Source: the human T2T-CHM13v2.0 reference genome, Homo sapiens
Direction: 5' to 3' (one strand)
NCBI RefSeq assembly: GCF_009914755.1
Contig: NC_060925.1
Length of the DNA: 64,000 nt
The notes under the pieces were generated by a model, which saw nothing but the letters and a program-made list of their open reading frames with translations, searched no databases and was not told the origin of the DNA. The position numbers and the translations under genes are program-made. Below, piece by piece: positions 1-12,900 of the stretch (position 1 is its first letter; each line of letters starts with the position of its first letter).

Positions 1-330
1 TAGATTGAATGCAGACTCTGAGCTATTTTGTGTTTTGGGTGTATGTCAATTTTTAAATGATTCACTGGCATTCACTGGCTTTAAGACCTAAATATAAAGA
101 TCTTTTTATCTCCACCTCATCTGCCACTCCCAACCCTTCCAAGCCAGTTAAGTACTCTTAGTTTCTTTATAAGCATATGGAGTTTTTAATGTTAATGCAC
201 ACATGAATAAATATGAGCATATACTCCCACTTTTTTAAGGACACAAATTGTAGCATTTGTATATACTAGACTGAATGCTTTTCTGCATCTTAGAGCCTGA
301 ACTCTTACCTGCCTCACTAAGTCTATCTTT

Positions 331-3300
331 TAAAAAATTTTTAAATGTTTATGAATATATGGTAGATGCATATATGTATGGGGTACATGAGATATTTTGA
401 TACAGGCATACAATGTGTAATAATCACATCAGGGTAAATGGGGCATCCATCACCTTAAGCATTTATCATTTCTTTGTATTGCAAACATTCTAATTATACT
501 TTTAGTTATTTTTAAATGTACAATAAATTATTATTAACTGTAGTCACCCCATTTTGCTATCAAATACCAGATCCTATTTATTCTATCTAACTACATTTTT
601 GTACCCATTAAACATCCCCACTCCCCACCCTCCTACTACCCCTCACTTCACCTTTTGTGAAGGTGATTTTTCTCTGGTGGTATGTTTTAATTTCTTGCTT
701 TTTATTTTTTGTGTATCTGTTGTATATTTTTTGAGGTTACCATGAGGCTTGCAAATAACATCTTATAACCCATTATTTTGAACTGGTAACAACTTTACAC
801 TGCAAAAACAAACTAATAAGCAAAAAGAAAACTAATAAAAAACCCACAGTTTAATTTCATTTCCTCAGGTTTTTAACTTTCTGTTGTTTCTATTTATATC
901 TTATACTGTTTGTATCTTGAAATATTGTTGTCATTATTATTTTTGATAGGTTCATCTTTAAGTCTTTCTACTTAAAATATGAGTAGTTTACCCACCACAA
1001 ATACAGTGCTGTAGTATTTTGTGTTTTTCTATGTACTTACTATTACCAGTGAGTTTTGTACCTTCAGATGGTTTCTTATTGCTCATTAACATCATTTTCT
1101 TTCAGATTAAAGAACTCCCTTTAGCATTTCTTGTAGGACAGGTCTGGTGTTGATGAAATCCCTCAGCTTTTGCTTGCCTGCAAAAGTCTTTATTTCTCTT
1201 TCACATCTGAAGGATATTTTTGCTGGAAATACTCTTCTAGGATAGTGTTTTTCCTTCAGCACTTTAAATATGTCATGCAACTCTCTTCTGGCCTATAAGA
1301 TTTCCCCTGAGAAGTTTGCTGCCAGATGTAAGGGAGCTCCTTTTTATGTGATTTGTTTCTTTTCTCTTGTCGCTTTCAGGATTCTTTCATTGTCCTTGAC
1401 CTTTGGGAGTTTGATCATTAAATGCCTCGAGGTAGTCTTTCTTGGGTTAAATCTGCTTGGTGTTCTACAGCCTTCTTGTACTTGAATATTGATATCTTTC
1501 TATAGATTTGGGAAGCTCTCTGATATTATCCCCTTGAATAAAACTTTCTACCCCTATCTCTTTCTCTCTTCTCATAAATGGAGCCAATAACTCTTAGATT
1601 TGGCCCTTTGAGCCTATTTTATAGATCTTGCAGATCTTCATTCTTTTTTATTTTGTCTCCTCTGACTGTGTATTTTCAAGCTAATTCTTTCTTCTGCTTG
1701 ATCAATTATGCTAGCAGGAGACTCTGATGCATTCTTCAGTATGTCAATTGCATTTTTCAGCTCCAGAATTTGATTGAATTTTTAAAACTATTTCAATGTC
1801 TTTGTTAAGTTTATCTGATAGGATTCCTTTTCTGTGTTATCTTGAATTTTGTCGAGCTTCCTCAAAATGGTTATTTTGAATTCTCTCTCTGAAAGGTCAC
1901 ATATCTCTGTCACTGGAGGGTTGGTCACTGGTGCCCTATTTAGTTTGTTTGGTGAGGTAATGTTTTCCTGAATGTTCTTGATGTTTGTGATTGTTCATCA
2001 ACATCCGAACATTGAAGAGTTAGGTATTTATTGTAGTCTTCGCAGTTTGGGCTTGTTTGTACCTGTCCTTCTTGGGAAGTCTTTCCAAGTATTCAAAGGG
2101 AATTGAGTGCTAGGATCTAAATCTTGGGTCACTGCAGCATCTTCTCTTAGAGCACACCCCAAGCCCAGTAACACTGTCACTCTTGCAGACTCATAGAGGT
2201 ACCCCCTTGGTGGTCTTGGGCAAGATCCAGGAAATTTTTCCAGATTACCAGGCAGTCCTCTTCCATCACTTTCCCCCAAACAAATGGAGTCTCTCTCTCC
2301 ATGCCGAGTTGCTTGTAGCTGGGGGAGAGGTGGCATAAGCACTCTTGTGGCCACCACCACTGAGACTGTGCTGGGTCAGACCCGAAGCCAGCACAGCACT
2401 GGGTCTCACCCAACGCCCATGGTGACTACTGCCTGGCTACCACTGATAGTCACTTAAGGCTCAAGCACTCTTCAGTCAGCAAGACCCAAATTTAGCCAGG
2501 GTTGTGTGCTTCCCTTCAGGGTGGCAACCTCCCCATCAGCCCAGGAAAGGTCTAGAAATGCCACTCAGGAGTCAGTGGCTGGAGTCAGGAATCTTAGTAA
2601 TCTACTTAGTGGTCTATTCTACTGCAGCTGAGCTGGCACCCAAGTCACAAGACAAAGTTCTTTGTACCCTTTCCTCTCCTTTCCTCATGCAGAAGGAGGC
2701 TCTCATTGTAGACACCACCACCCCAGGCCTGCATCAAGCACTGCCTGACTACTGCTGATGTTCATTCAAGGCCCATGGGCCCTTCACTGAGCTTGGGATG
2801 AATGCTACCAGGCCCAGGTCCCTCCCTTCAGGGCAGCAGGCTCCTCCCTGGCTCAAGGTGGGTCCAGAAATGTTGTCTAGCAGCCAAGGCTTGGAATCAA
2901 GGACCCCGGGAGCCCAATTCATAGTCTACTCTACTGTGGCCCAGCTGGTGCCCAAGACGCAAGACAAATTACCCTTTACTCTTCCCTTTCCATTCCTCAA
3001 GCAGAAGGAGTTTCTCTCCATGGCCACCAGAGCTGGGAGTGCACTGGATCACACTTGAAGCCGGCACAGCCCTGGGCCTCACCCGAGGCCCCCAATGAGT
3101 ACTGCCTGGGTACCATCAAGGCCTGAGGGCTAGTACACAGGTGAAGAACCTTGCCAGGACTGGATTCTTCTCTTCAAGGCAGCAGTTTCCCTTCTGTTGC
3201 AGGATGTGTCTAGAAATGTCATCTGGGAGCTAGGGCCTGGAATGGGGACCTTAGGACTCTGTCTGGTATCCTATTCAACTGTGGCTGAGCTGGTATCATA

Positions 3301-4029
3301 GTTGCAAGACAAAGTCTTCTTTACTCTCCAGTCTTCTCTCCTCAAGCGGAAGGAAGAAATCTCTCCTGGAGCTGTGAGCTACGCTGCCTGGGGTTTGGGG
3401 AAGGGTGGCACAAGCACTTCCTTGGCTGCCTGGCTGGTGTCTCAGTTGTGTGCCCCCTGAGTTGACTGGTTCTGAGCCCAGCACAGCACCAGCACTTGCC
3501 CAGGAATTGCAGTCATTTGGCCTAGACTGCCTTTTAAGTTTATTTAGAACCCTAGAGGGCCTTAACCCAGGGTGGTGGGGCTAGCCAGAACTCAGGTTTC
3601 CACTGCGGGGATGGGTGATTCCCCACTGGCTAGGGCTGGTCTAAATGCTCCCTCCATGGGTGAAAGCTAAATTCTTCCTCATGTTGCTTTCCACTGTGAC
3701 AGGGCAGCACTGATTTCCAATGCAAAGTCCCACAAGCACTGTGCTCTCTTTCCCCCAAACATGCAGATTCTCTCTCCAAGCCACATGACTGCTGCTGGGG
3801 AACAGGAGAGGGGTGGTGTCAGCAATTCAAGACTGTCTTTCCTACCCTCTTCAGCACCTCTTTCCTGGCTATGATGTTAAAATCAGGTACTATAATCACT
3901 CAAATGATTTTTGATTCTTACGAAGGTGCTTTCTTTCGGGCATAGTTGTTCAACTTGGTGTTCTTGCAGTGGAGACAATCACTGGAGGACAATACTTGGC
4001 TATCTTGCTCTGCCTCCTCCTCCCACCTC
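331..4029 (-). mobile_element. L1MA3-like LINE-1 with 3'UTR joined directly to the ORF1/inter-ORF region (ORF2 deleted); ORF1 remnant and long 5'UTR retained
   Basis: L1MA 3' end at about 350-645 (ggggtacatgagatattttgatacaggcatacaatg...). ORF1 and 5'UTR are collinear with the element at 22720-26044. 5' terminus reads 'atcttgctctgcctcc'. Degenerate TSD ctaagtctatcttt (317-330) / ctaactccatcttt (4030-4043). Confidence 0.9.
2384..3345 (-). repeat. About 3 diverged 310-345 bp tandem units in the L1MA 5'UTR
   Basis: Recurring motifs tc(t/c)agaaatg (2551, 2863, 3209), gagctgg..cc..caagacaaa and gaagcc.gcacagc.ctggg (2384, 3057). The same architecture recurs at about 24490-25340. Confidence 0.7.
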
Positions 4030-4415
4030 CTAACTCCATCTTTCATAGATGGTCTTTAAACTGTTTGTCTTGTTTGCATAGACCACCACTATGATTGGGT
4101 GGTTTAAGCAAATTTGAAAATGAAAAGCCCCATAGGGCAGTGTTTATGATAGTCTCCTCAAAGGTGGCTGTTTCTCCTAATGTCCAGTCCTTATATGATT
4201 ATCTTGTGATGCATAGACTGATTCCTACAATAGAGTTAAGACTCTGGCTTTATCTATCATTGGTGAGGTAATGAGCTGGAAAACCTCTGCTCAGAAATTA
4301 TCTGTAAGTGAGGTGGATGCAGACTTCCCTGATTTTTCTGTCTATCCTCCTACTACAGTCATATTTTACACACACATACACATGCACACACATACATACA
4401 CACATGTTATATATA

Positions 4416-4644
4416 ATTATATATAAACAATACTTTACATATCATGTATAATTTATATCTATTATATAATTATAAATATATAATTTATGCATATGTAAAT
4501 TAATAAAATCTATTTTTAGAGCATTTAGGTTTACAGCAAAATTGAGTGGAATGTGCAAAGAGTTCCTATATACTCCCTGTCCACAACATGCACACCTTTC
4601 CCCACTATCGACATTCAACACCACAGCGGTACATTTGCTAAAAT
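4416..4644 (-). mobile_element. Short L1MB/L1MC 3'-end fragment with TA-rich decayed tail, next to a (CA)n-like tract
   Basis: ttttagagcatttaggtttacagcaaaattgag...; flanked by atgttatatata at 4404-4415 and 4645-4656 (TSD-like). Confidence 0.7.
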
Positions 4645-5267
4645 ATGTTATATATATTTTTGCTTTTGTAATATACTCTCTCCAAAACTGAACTGAAATT
4701 TAGTTGACAGTACATAAAGAACATCTAGTTTGTTTGGGGCACCATGCAGCCCAAGTGTGTAGTGAGTGAGGGTAAGAGGGAGTAGAGGGTAAAGAAAAAG
4801 AAGACATGGTGTGCATGCTCTCAGAGATCCAAGTCCTGTTGGGATATTCGATCACATAAAATGGCTGAAGAATTATTTTTCTGAATAATGATATACTGAT
4901 GAGAAGAAAGTACTACATATAAAAGGCATATTTACTACTGTAGCAACACAGATTTTGAGATCTTGGAGACATGGAGTGGGTTGAGATATGCCTTCTATAC
5001 CACTTCAGTAATAAAAGGGAGTATAGAAGAGCATATTAAGTTCATGGAAGCCATTCTTAGCCTGTTTAAGGAAGTGAATAGTTTTTCAGTATTTCCCAAG
5101 CCACTTTAGAATCAGCCACTTAAAAGCCAAAAATATGCTAATAGTTATTATAAATGGGTCTTATTTATTAAAACAGGTCATTGTTAGCTTTCCTTGGCAA
5201 GATCTGGCCTTCATTCAATGTTTTGAGCCACTTCTCTGTGACCACAGGAGGCAGTATAATGCCATGA

Positions 5268-5460
5268 ACAAAGCCTGGGCTTTGGTGCTCGAGACAGGCG
5301 TTTTCATTGTACCTTCACTGTCTACTAGCCTGTGATGCTGATCACATGACTTTGCCTGTGAAAGCCTCAGCACTTGGTAATATTGATGTGAGGATGGATG
5401 GAACAGCTCACATCAAGTGCCTAACGGGGTGACTGACACATGGTGAGTTCATAGTAACTA
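5268..5460 (+). mobile_element. MIR
   Basis: Degenerate MIR core (tactagcctgtgatgctg...gcctcag...gtgaggat...gtgcct...acacatggtgagttca). Confidence 0.6.
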
Positions 5461-5589
5461 TATGACCACTTTCTTGAAAAGGTTGGAGAAATCAGACTTT
5501 TTAAAGAGGACAAGGCTGCCAAATGGGAACCAATAGGAAACATAACAAAAATTATTTAATATATTTAAAATGTGTTAAAATGTGTTTTT

Positions 5590-5711
5590 TTTTTGGAGAT
5601 AGAATCTCACTCTTGTCTCCCAGGCCGGAGTGGGCGCAATCTTGACTCACTGCAACCTCCGCCTCCCAGATTCAAGCAATTCTCCTGCCTCAGCCTCCCA
5701 AGTAGCTGGGA
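5590..5711 (-). mobile_element. 5'-truncated Alu (right-arm fragment, AluS-like)
   Basis: Poly(T) followed by gagatagaatctcactc...cagcctcccaagtagctggga; TSD taaaatgtgttttt (5576-5589) / taaaatgtattttt (5712-5725). Confidence 0.9.
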
Positions 5712-6490
5712 TAAAATGTATTTTTAAAATATACATTTATAATTGTGACTAACCTGCCCTTGACATATTCTAAATGACGTTACTGAGATTTTACTAAGGA
5801 GTTGAGTTCTGTGAAGTTGACTGAAGAAGAATTAACAAGTAAGTCTGACACTGTGATTGTGATTCCAGGGTGGATGGCCATTTAGAAAGACCTTGAACGT
5901 TTAGGTAGAGGGTCATAAGTAACTGCTACATATTGAAGGCTTCAGAAACATATTCCCCATGAAAACATGCTGAGCTATTTGTCTACATCTTAGTTATTTT
6001 GGGCCTGCCAAATAGCAGTCCCAGTTGGGACTGTATGTCTGGGTCACCTGGTTCTTGCTATAGTGTGGATTTCTTTCAGCAGACAGGCAGCGGGGTCGGT
6101 TTCTTAATTGTTAACTCTAGTAAAGGATACTTGTCCAGAAGACAGCTGCCAAATTGCTAGACAGGCTTATCTACGCTCTGGAACATTTTATTCACACACT
6201 GCTTCTAATGTGGCCCATCTTCTAAAGAGGTTTCTGCCATTAGTTTTTGAGACAAAATTTCATTCTGCCCTGTAGTCTCATTTTTTTGACTGTTGGCCTT
6301 AAGAGGGTTATTACTTTGTTGGCTAAAGAGTGCTAAAATTTTATGACATGCCATATGGAACCAAAGAAATAAGGAGATGACCTCTGTTGCACTGTATCAT
6401 TAGGACTGAATATCACCTGTCTCCTGCCTTCAGCCATTTTCCTGGCCCCTGGATGAGGTCTGTACCAGTGGTCTGAATTAATATTGTTTT

Positions 6491-6716
6491 GGCTCCTAAA
6501 AGCTACAATTTCCCTGAAGTGGCAGTTGTGGTAGAGCACTTTTTCCCTCTTTCCAATTTCCTAGATACGTCCATACATGGAATTGAAATGGCCTCTTTCT
6601 ACCTGCTGTGCGCATGGGACCTCTACACCTGTTCAGTCATGAAACCACTAATGAGACCTCACCTGTCCTATTCAGGATTTTGACGGAATATGAAATCTCA
6701 TTACCCGGAGTCAATG
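6491..6716 (+). repeat. Donor copy of a 226-bp local direct duplication
   Basis: Matches 7786-8011 with 4 substitutions. Confidence 0.95.
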
Positions 6717-7218
6717 AATGACATCTGTTCCCCATCCCCCTCCTGAAGCCATCATTCCATTTGCTTGGTGCTGTGAAAAAGATGCGCCACTCAGAGAAGA
6801 AATTAGAGTCCAGAAGAGAAGGTGGCGCTCCCTTGTCCAGCCAGACGGCAGCTACCGGGCTTCTCAATATTCTGGCCCCCATTTAGACCTTTGCCCTAAA
6901 AGAATTAACACAAAAGAAACTTCATTGTTTCCGACTTAAAAAAAATTCTGATGATTTGTTTCAGAAACAAGTCAAATCCTTAGCAATGTGGGGTTTTATT
7001 GATAAGGAAGATAAGGAAGATCTTAACCTGAAAACGTCTAGCTAACAAAAACTCCTGCTGACCTGATTTAAAGTGGGTGTGAATGTAAAGGATATTTATA
7101 TACTTTGGTCTTTCTCAAATCATTCTTTTGGAAAGAGAAGGTATAAATAAATGCACATGAATATAATACATAAATAATACTATAACATTTTTGTTTGGGG
7201 AGTATTCATAGTAATATA

Positions 7219-7297
7219 GTAGGTCGGTGCAAAACTAATTGCAGTTTTGCCATTACTTTTAATACCAAAAACCGCAATTACTTTTGCACCAAACTAA
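7219..7297. mobile_element. MADE1 MITE (Hsmar1-derived)
   Basis: About 80-bp near-palindrome gtaggtcggtgcaaaactaattgc...gcaattacttttgcaccaaactaa, flanked by TA dinucleotides. Confidence 0.92.
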
Positions 7298-7364
7298 TAA
7301 TATATGTAACACACAATCAATATAAAATACCACCAAATTAATTTGTCTAATGCATTTTCATTGT

Positions 7365-8090
7365 TTTCATTCATTTGCTATTCATTCATTGATGAAAATG
7401 TTCACTAAAGAAGCATTTATTGAGTATCTAATGTGTGTCAAACACTATAATTGCTTCTGTGAATACAAGGATGAATACATTTAATGTTTAGAAGAGGAGA
7501 AATGATAAAGTAAATAATGATAGGCCATGTGGTAAGTCCTATAGCAGGTGGGTGGGAGAGAGTGAGAGCATTCCTGCCTGGGATGTGAAGACCTCAGAGG
7601 GTGGAAAAGGGATCATAGGGTGGCCAGGAAGACAAAGGTAGGAGACCACTCAAGGTAAAGGAAGCAGCCTGTATAAAGATAGGCAGGCAGGAAACAGAAT
7701 CTCAGGTTTGGAGACTTCTAAGGACTTAGACTGGCTGGAGGAGAGAGATAATGTTAGGCAGATTCTTCAGGGTCAGATCATGCAGGGCTCCTAAAAGCTA
7801 CAATTTCCCTGAAGTGGCAGTTGTGGTAGAGCACTTTTTCCCTCTTTCCAATTTCCTAGATACGTCCACACATGGAATTGAAATGGCCTCTTTCTACCTG
7901 TTGTGCGCATGGGACCTCTACACCTGTTCAGTCATGAAACCACTAATGAGACCTCCCCTGTCCTATTCAGGATTTTGATGGAATATGAAATCTCATTACC
8001 CGGAGTCAATGCCAACTTATGCCAACTTATGGCAACTTATGCCAACCTTTATGCCAACTTAAAGAGTATGGTTCTTTTTGCTGCAAAAGA
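7365..8090 (-). mobile_element. L2 3' fragment, interrupted by the templated insertion at 7786-8061
   Basis: ttcattcatt...catttattgagtatctaatgtgtg; cagatcatgcagggc is a typical L2 motif; L2-like aaagagtatggttctttt resumes after 8060. Confidence 0.7.
7786..8061 (+). repeat. Inserted copy of 6491-6716 followed by about 5 tandem atgccaactt units
   Basis: Direct sequence comparison; gccaacttat gccaacttat ggcaacttat gccaaccttt atgccaactt a at 8011-8061. Confidence 0.95.
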
Positions 8091-8701
8091 AACTTTTTGT
8101 TTGTCAAGAGTAGACTCTCAATAAAATTTTATTGAGCAAAAGTGAATTGCACTGAAGATTTCTTTTTAATTTTAATTTTTTTGGTGAAAGAGTTAAGTGA
8201 ACACTGGTAACAACTGAACCACAATAGATTATGCTGTCATGAAAACAAGTCCCCAGCTCTGTTCCTTCCCACTTAGATGAGGTTTCACTCCCCAGAGGCA
8301 GCCCCTTCTGCTGCTACTCCTCCTACAATTTTCTGTCCTTTGGCTCTAATCTGGACTCATTGTTCCCTCTGTTTGCTGTACAGCTGTCATCCTGGCTTTT
8401 CTCCTACTCCTCTCCTAGGTTATACCTCTATCTCTTGGTTCCTATATTGGCCTCTTTCTTTGTTTATGCCTTTGTTTTGCTGGAGTAGCTCCTTAAGAAA
8501 ACTATTCCCTGAAGTAATTTTCTCTTCTTTTTCAAACTCCCTTTAATCTTTATTCTCTCTTCCCAATCCACTCTTATCCCTCACTTAGGCAACCATTTCC
8601 AATGTGCTTAATGTGCTCTTCTTGCATGATATGTTCTTGCAAAGTGTATATTCTTTTGTTTGTATACTTTTTTTTTAATGTAAGTAAATGGCATGCACTA
8701 C

Positions 8702-9377
8702 TGTGTTGGCCATTTACCTGTAACTTCTCAGATCAATTTCCCGCATTTTTCTTGCTCTGTTCTATTTCACACATAAGGGGATGACCCCAAAAAAACTGCA
8801 TTTCTCAGACTTGCCTGGCTTCTGGTTAATTTTGGCAAATAGGAGGCACTGAGATTAGAATAAAGGAGGTAGGAAAATGTCGGTGTATTCCCTCTATCCT
8901 AGCTTCTGCCTAGGTGGTGACTTTGATGGTGGCTACATCTCCATTGTGCTTCTAGCACCAGCCAGGTGGCCTAGATTCCAGGCTCCAGTGATGTCCCCTT
9001 ACTTTTCTCTTTATTCTTCTGGCACATGCATTTTCAAGGGTGGAATCTTGCCACTAAAGGGGCTAATATTGTTCTTGGGGGAGGGGAATCCTGCTTTTTA
9101 TGTAGAAAGCACAGATATACTAACAGTGCACGGATAGATATTCAGCGTATCATGGTAGGGGATGATTAGAAAAAATATACCTGAAAAGTCTTGGAGGAAA
9201 AACAATGAAATAAAGGTGAAGAAACTGCATCAGTTGTTGGCTTCTGTACTGCCTTACACTCCTTTATTTGCTCTTTGAAGCTCTTCTAGAATGTTGAATT
9301 AATTTTCTATATTAAATAACCCCTATTTAACGACCTGGCATAAGTTCTGTTTTCTGGGAAGGATTCTTACTGACACA
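8702..9377 (+). mobile_element. LTR33-like solo LTR (ERVL)
   Basis: TG...CA ends, 'ctggcttctggtt...ttggcaaataggaggcactg', attaaa signal and 'ttctgttttctg...ctgacaca' terminus. Confidence 0.65.
9026..9229 (-). mobile_element. MER112-like hAT-Charlie DNA transposon nested in the LTR33
   Basis: catgcattttcaaggg...ttcttggggg...aaagcacagatatac...gattagaaaaaa...aaaggtgaagaaactg matches the recalled MER112 reverse complement. Confidence 0.65.
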
Positions 9378-9576
9378 GCTACGTTTTTCATGTCTTTTAC
9401 ATTTTATCCTCTCTAAGCATTTTATTAGTTAAACCTGTTAGATAAAACAGATGTAACAAATAAATACAAATCTATTTGTTAGATCTGTTAGATTTGTTAG
9501 ATAAAATGTTCTCTAAGCATTTTATTTGTGAGGTCAATCCATACTGCTATGTGTATATCCAATCCCTTGTTTCTAG

Positions 9577-9979
9577 TGTAGGGGTGGAAAAATAGCTTTT
9601 TCTCTACCCACCCTGAAGGCTTACTGAAATCACTGACAATAGACAGATTAATAGGAGGAAAAGGCATCTAAATTTATTTAATATTCAGAAGCATGGTGGA
9701 GAATGATTACCTAATAACCCAACGAGGTCCAGATGCTTATATATGGTATTTCTTCACAGAAGAAGGGGAGATGGGGGGTAAAAAAGTAAATGATTTTCAA
9801 GGGAAGTAAAAGAGCCCAAAAATGGTGGTCTGAGAACAGTTCCTCTGAGCTCTGGGGAGGTGGTCGGAAGGTGTGGAGCAGAACTTTACTGAGAACAAAA
9901 GTTGTCTATTATGCAAATAAACTTTCTCAGGCAATTTCTTCAAGCTGTCCTCAGAAGAACAGATAAAAAGTCTGTCTGG
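9577..9979 (-). mobile_element. MER39/MER34-family LTR (ERV1), left part
   Basis: ttactgaaatcactgacaatagacagattaataggag...; continues at 13706. Confidence 0.8.
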
Positions 9980-12900
9980 CCACATTGTGATCAAATTAGA
10001 ATTTAGGATTAAGAAACTCACTCAAAACCGCACAACTACGTGGAAACTGAACAACATGCTCCCAGATGAATACTGGGTAAATAATGAAATTAAGGCAGAA
10101 ATAAATAAGTTCTTTGAAACCCATGAGAACAAAGACACAATGTACCAGCATCTCTGGGACACAGCTAAAGCAATGTTTAGAGGGAAATTTATAGCACTAA
10201 ATGCCCACAAGAGGAAGCAGGAAAGATCTAAAATCAACACCCTAACATCACAATTAAAAGAACTAGACCAGCAAGAGCAAACTAATTCAAAAGCTAGCAG
10301 AAGACAAGAAATAACTAAGATCAGAGCAGAACTAAAGGAGATAAAGACACAAGAAACTCTTCAAAAAATAAATGAATCCAGGATCTGGTTTTTTGAAAAG
10401 ATCGATAAAATACATAGACCACTAGCCAGACTAATAAAGAAGAAAACAGAGAAGAATCAAATAGACACAATATAAAATGATAAAGGGGATATCACCACTG
10501 ATCCCATGGAAATACAAACTACCATCAGAGAATACTATAAACACCTCTAAACAAATAAACTAGAAAATCTAGAAGAAATGAATAAATTCTTGGACACATA
10601 CACCCTCCAAAATCTAAACCAGGAAGAAGTCAAATCCCTGAATAGACCAGTAACAAGTTCTGAAATTGAGGCAAAAATTAATAGCCTACCAACCAAAAAA
10701 CGTCCAGGACCAGATGGATTCACAGCTGAATTCTACCAGAGGTATGAAGAGGAGTTGGTACCATTCCTTCTGAAAGTATTCCAATCAATAGAAAAAGAGG
10801 GAATCCTCCCTAACTCATTTTATGAGGCCAGCATCATACTGATACCAAAACCTGGCAGAGACACAACAAAAAAAGAAAATTTCAGGCCAATATCCCTGAT
10901 GAACATCAATGCGAAAATCCTCAATAAAATACTGCCAAACTGAATCCAGCAGCACATCAAAAAGCTTATCCACCATGATCAAGTTGGCTTCATCCCTGGG
11001 ATAAAAGGCTGGTTCAACATTCACAAATCAATAGACGCAATCCATCACATAAAACCAAAGACAAAAACCACATGATTATCTCAATAGATGCAGAAAAGGC
11101 CTTTGACAAAATTCAACAGCCCTCATGCTAAAGACTTTCAATAAAATAGGTATTGATGGAACGTATCTCCAAATAATAAGAGCTATTTATGACAAACCCA
11201 CAGCCAATATCATACTGAATGGGCAAAAACTGGAAGCATTCCCTTTGAAAACCAGCACAAGACAAGGATGCCCTCTCTCACCACTCTTATTCAACATAGT
11301 ATTGGAATTTCAGGCCAGGGCAATCAGGCAAGAGAAAGAAATAAAGGGTATTCAAATAGGAAGACAGCAAGTCAAATTATCTCTGTTTGCAGATGACATG
11401 ATTGTATATTTAGAAAACCCCATCATCTCAGCCCAAAATCTCCTTAAGCTGAAAAGCAACTTCAGCAGTCTCAGGATACAAAATCAATGTGCAAAAATCA
11501 CAAGCATTCCTATGCACCAATAATAGAAAAACAGAGAGCCAAATCATGAGTGAACTCCCATTCACAATTGCTACAAAGAGAATAAAATACCCAGGAATCC
11601 AACTTACAATGGATGTGAAGGACCTCTTAAAGGAGAACTACAAACCACTGTTCAAAGAAATAAGAGAGGACACAAACAAATGGAAGAACATTCCGTGCTC
11701 ACGGATAGGAAGAATCAATATCACAAAAATGGCCATACTGCCCAAAGTAATTTATAGATTCAATGCTATCCCCATTAAGCTACCACTGGCTTTCTTCACA
11801 GAATTAGAAAAAACTACTTTAAATTTCATATGGAGCCAAAAAAGAGCCCACATAGCCAAGGCAATCCTAAGCAAAAAGAACAAAGCTGGAGGCATCACGC
11901 TACCTGACTTCAAACTATACTACAAGGCTAAGTAACCAAGACAGCATGGTACTGGTACCAAAACAGAGATATAGACCAATGGAACAGAACAGAGGCCTCA
12001 GAAATAACACCATGCATCTACAACCATCTGATCTTTGACAAACTTGACAAAAACAAGAAATGGGGAAAGGATTCCCTATTTAATAAATGGTGTTGGGAAA
12101 ACTGGCTAGCCATATGCAGAAAACTGAAACTGGACCTCTTCCTTACACCTTATACAAAAATTAATTCAAGGTGGATTAAAGACTTAAATGTAAGATCTAA
12201 AACCATAAAAACCCTAGAAGAAAACCTAGGCAATACCATTCAGGACACAGGCATGGGCAAAGACTTCATGACTAAAACACCAAAAGCAATGGCAACAAAA
12301 GCCAAAATTGACAAATGGGATCTAATTAAACTAAAGAGCTTCGGCACAGCAAAAGAAACTCTCACCAGAATGAACAGGCAACCTACAGAATTGGAGAAAA
12401 TTTTTGCAGTCTATCCATCTGACAAAGGGCCAATATCCAGCATCTACAAAGAACTTAAACAAATTTACAAGAAAAAAACAACCCCATCAAAAAGTGGGCA
12501 AAGGATATGAACAGACACTTCTCAAAAGAAGACATTTATGCAGCCAAAAAACATATGAAAAAAAAGCTCATCTTCACTGGTCATTAGAGAAATGCAGATC
12601 AAAAGCATAATGAGATACCATCTCATGCCAGTTAGAATGGCGATCATTAAAAAGTCAGGAAATAACAGATGCTGGAGAGGATGTGGAGAAATAGGAACAC
12701 TTTTACACTGTTGGTGGGAGTGTAAATTAGTTCAACCATTGTGGAAGACAGTGTGGCGATTCCTCAAGGATCTAGAACCAGAAATACTATTTGACCCAGC
12801 AATCCCATTACTGTATATATACCCAAAAGATTATAAATCATACTACTATAAAGGCACATTCACATGTATGTTTATTGCAGCACTGTTCACAATAGCAAAG

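Noticed and set aside
6489-7978. Two near-identical ORFs (…APKSYNFPEVAVVVEHFFP…) suggesting a small gene family
   Set aside because: A by-product of the 226-bp duplication; short, with no recognisable domain or splice structure.
8011-8061. Short repeat array as CRISPR-like
   Set aside because: Head-to-tail 10-mers with no spacers, in primate DNA.
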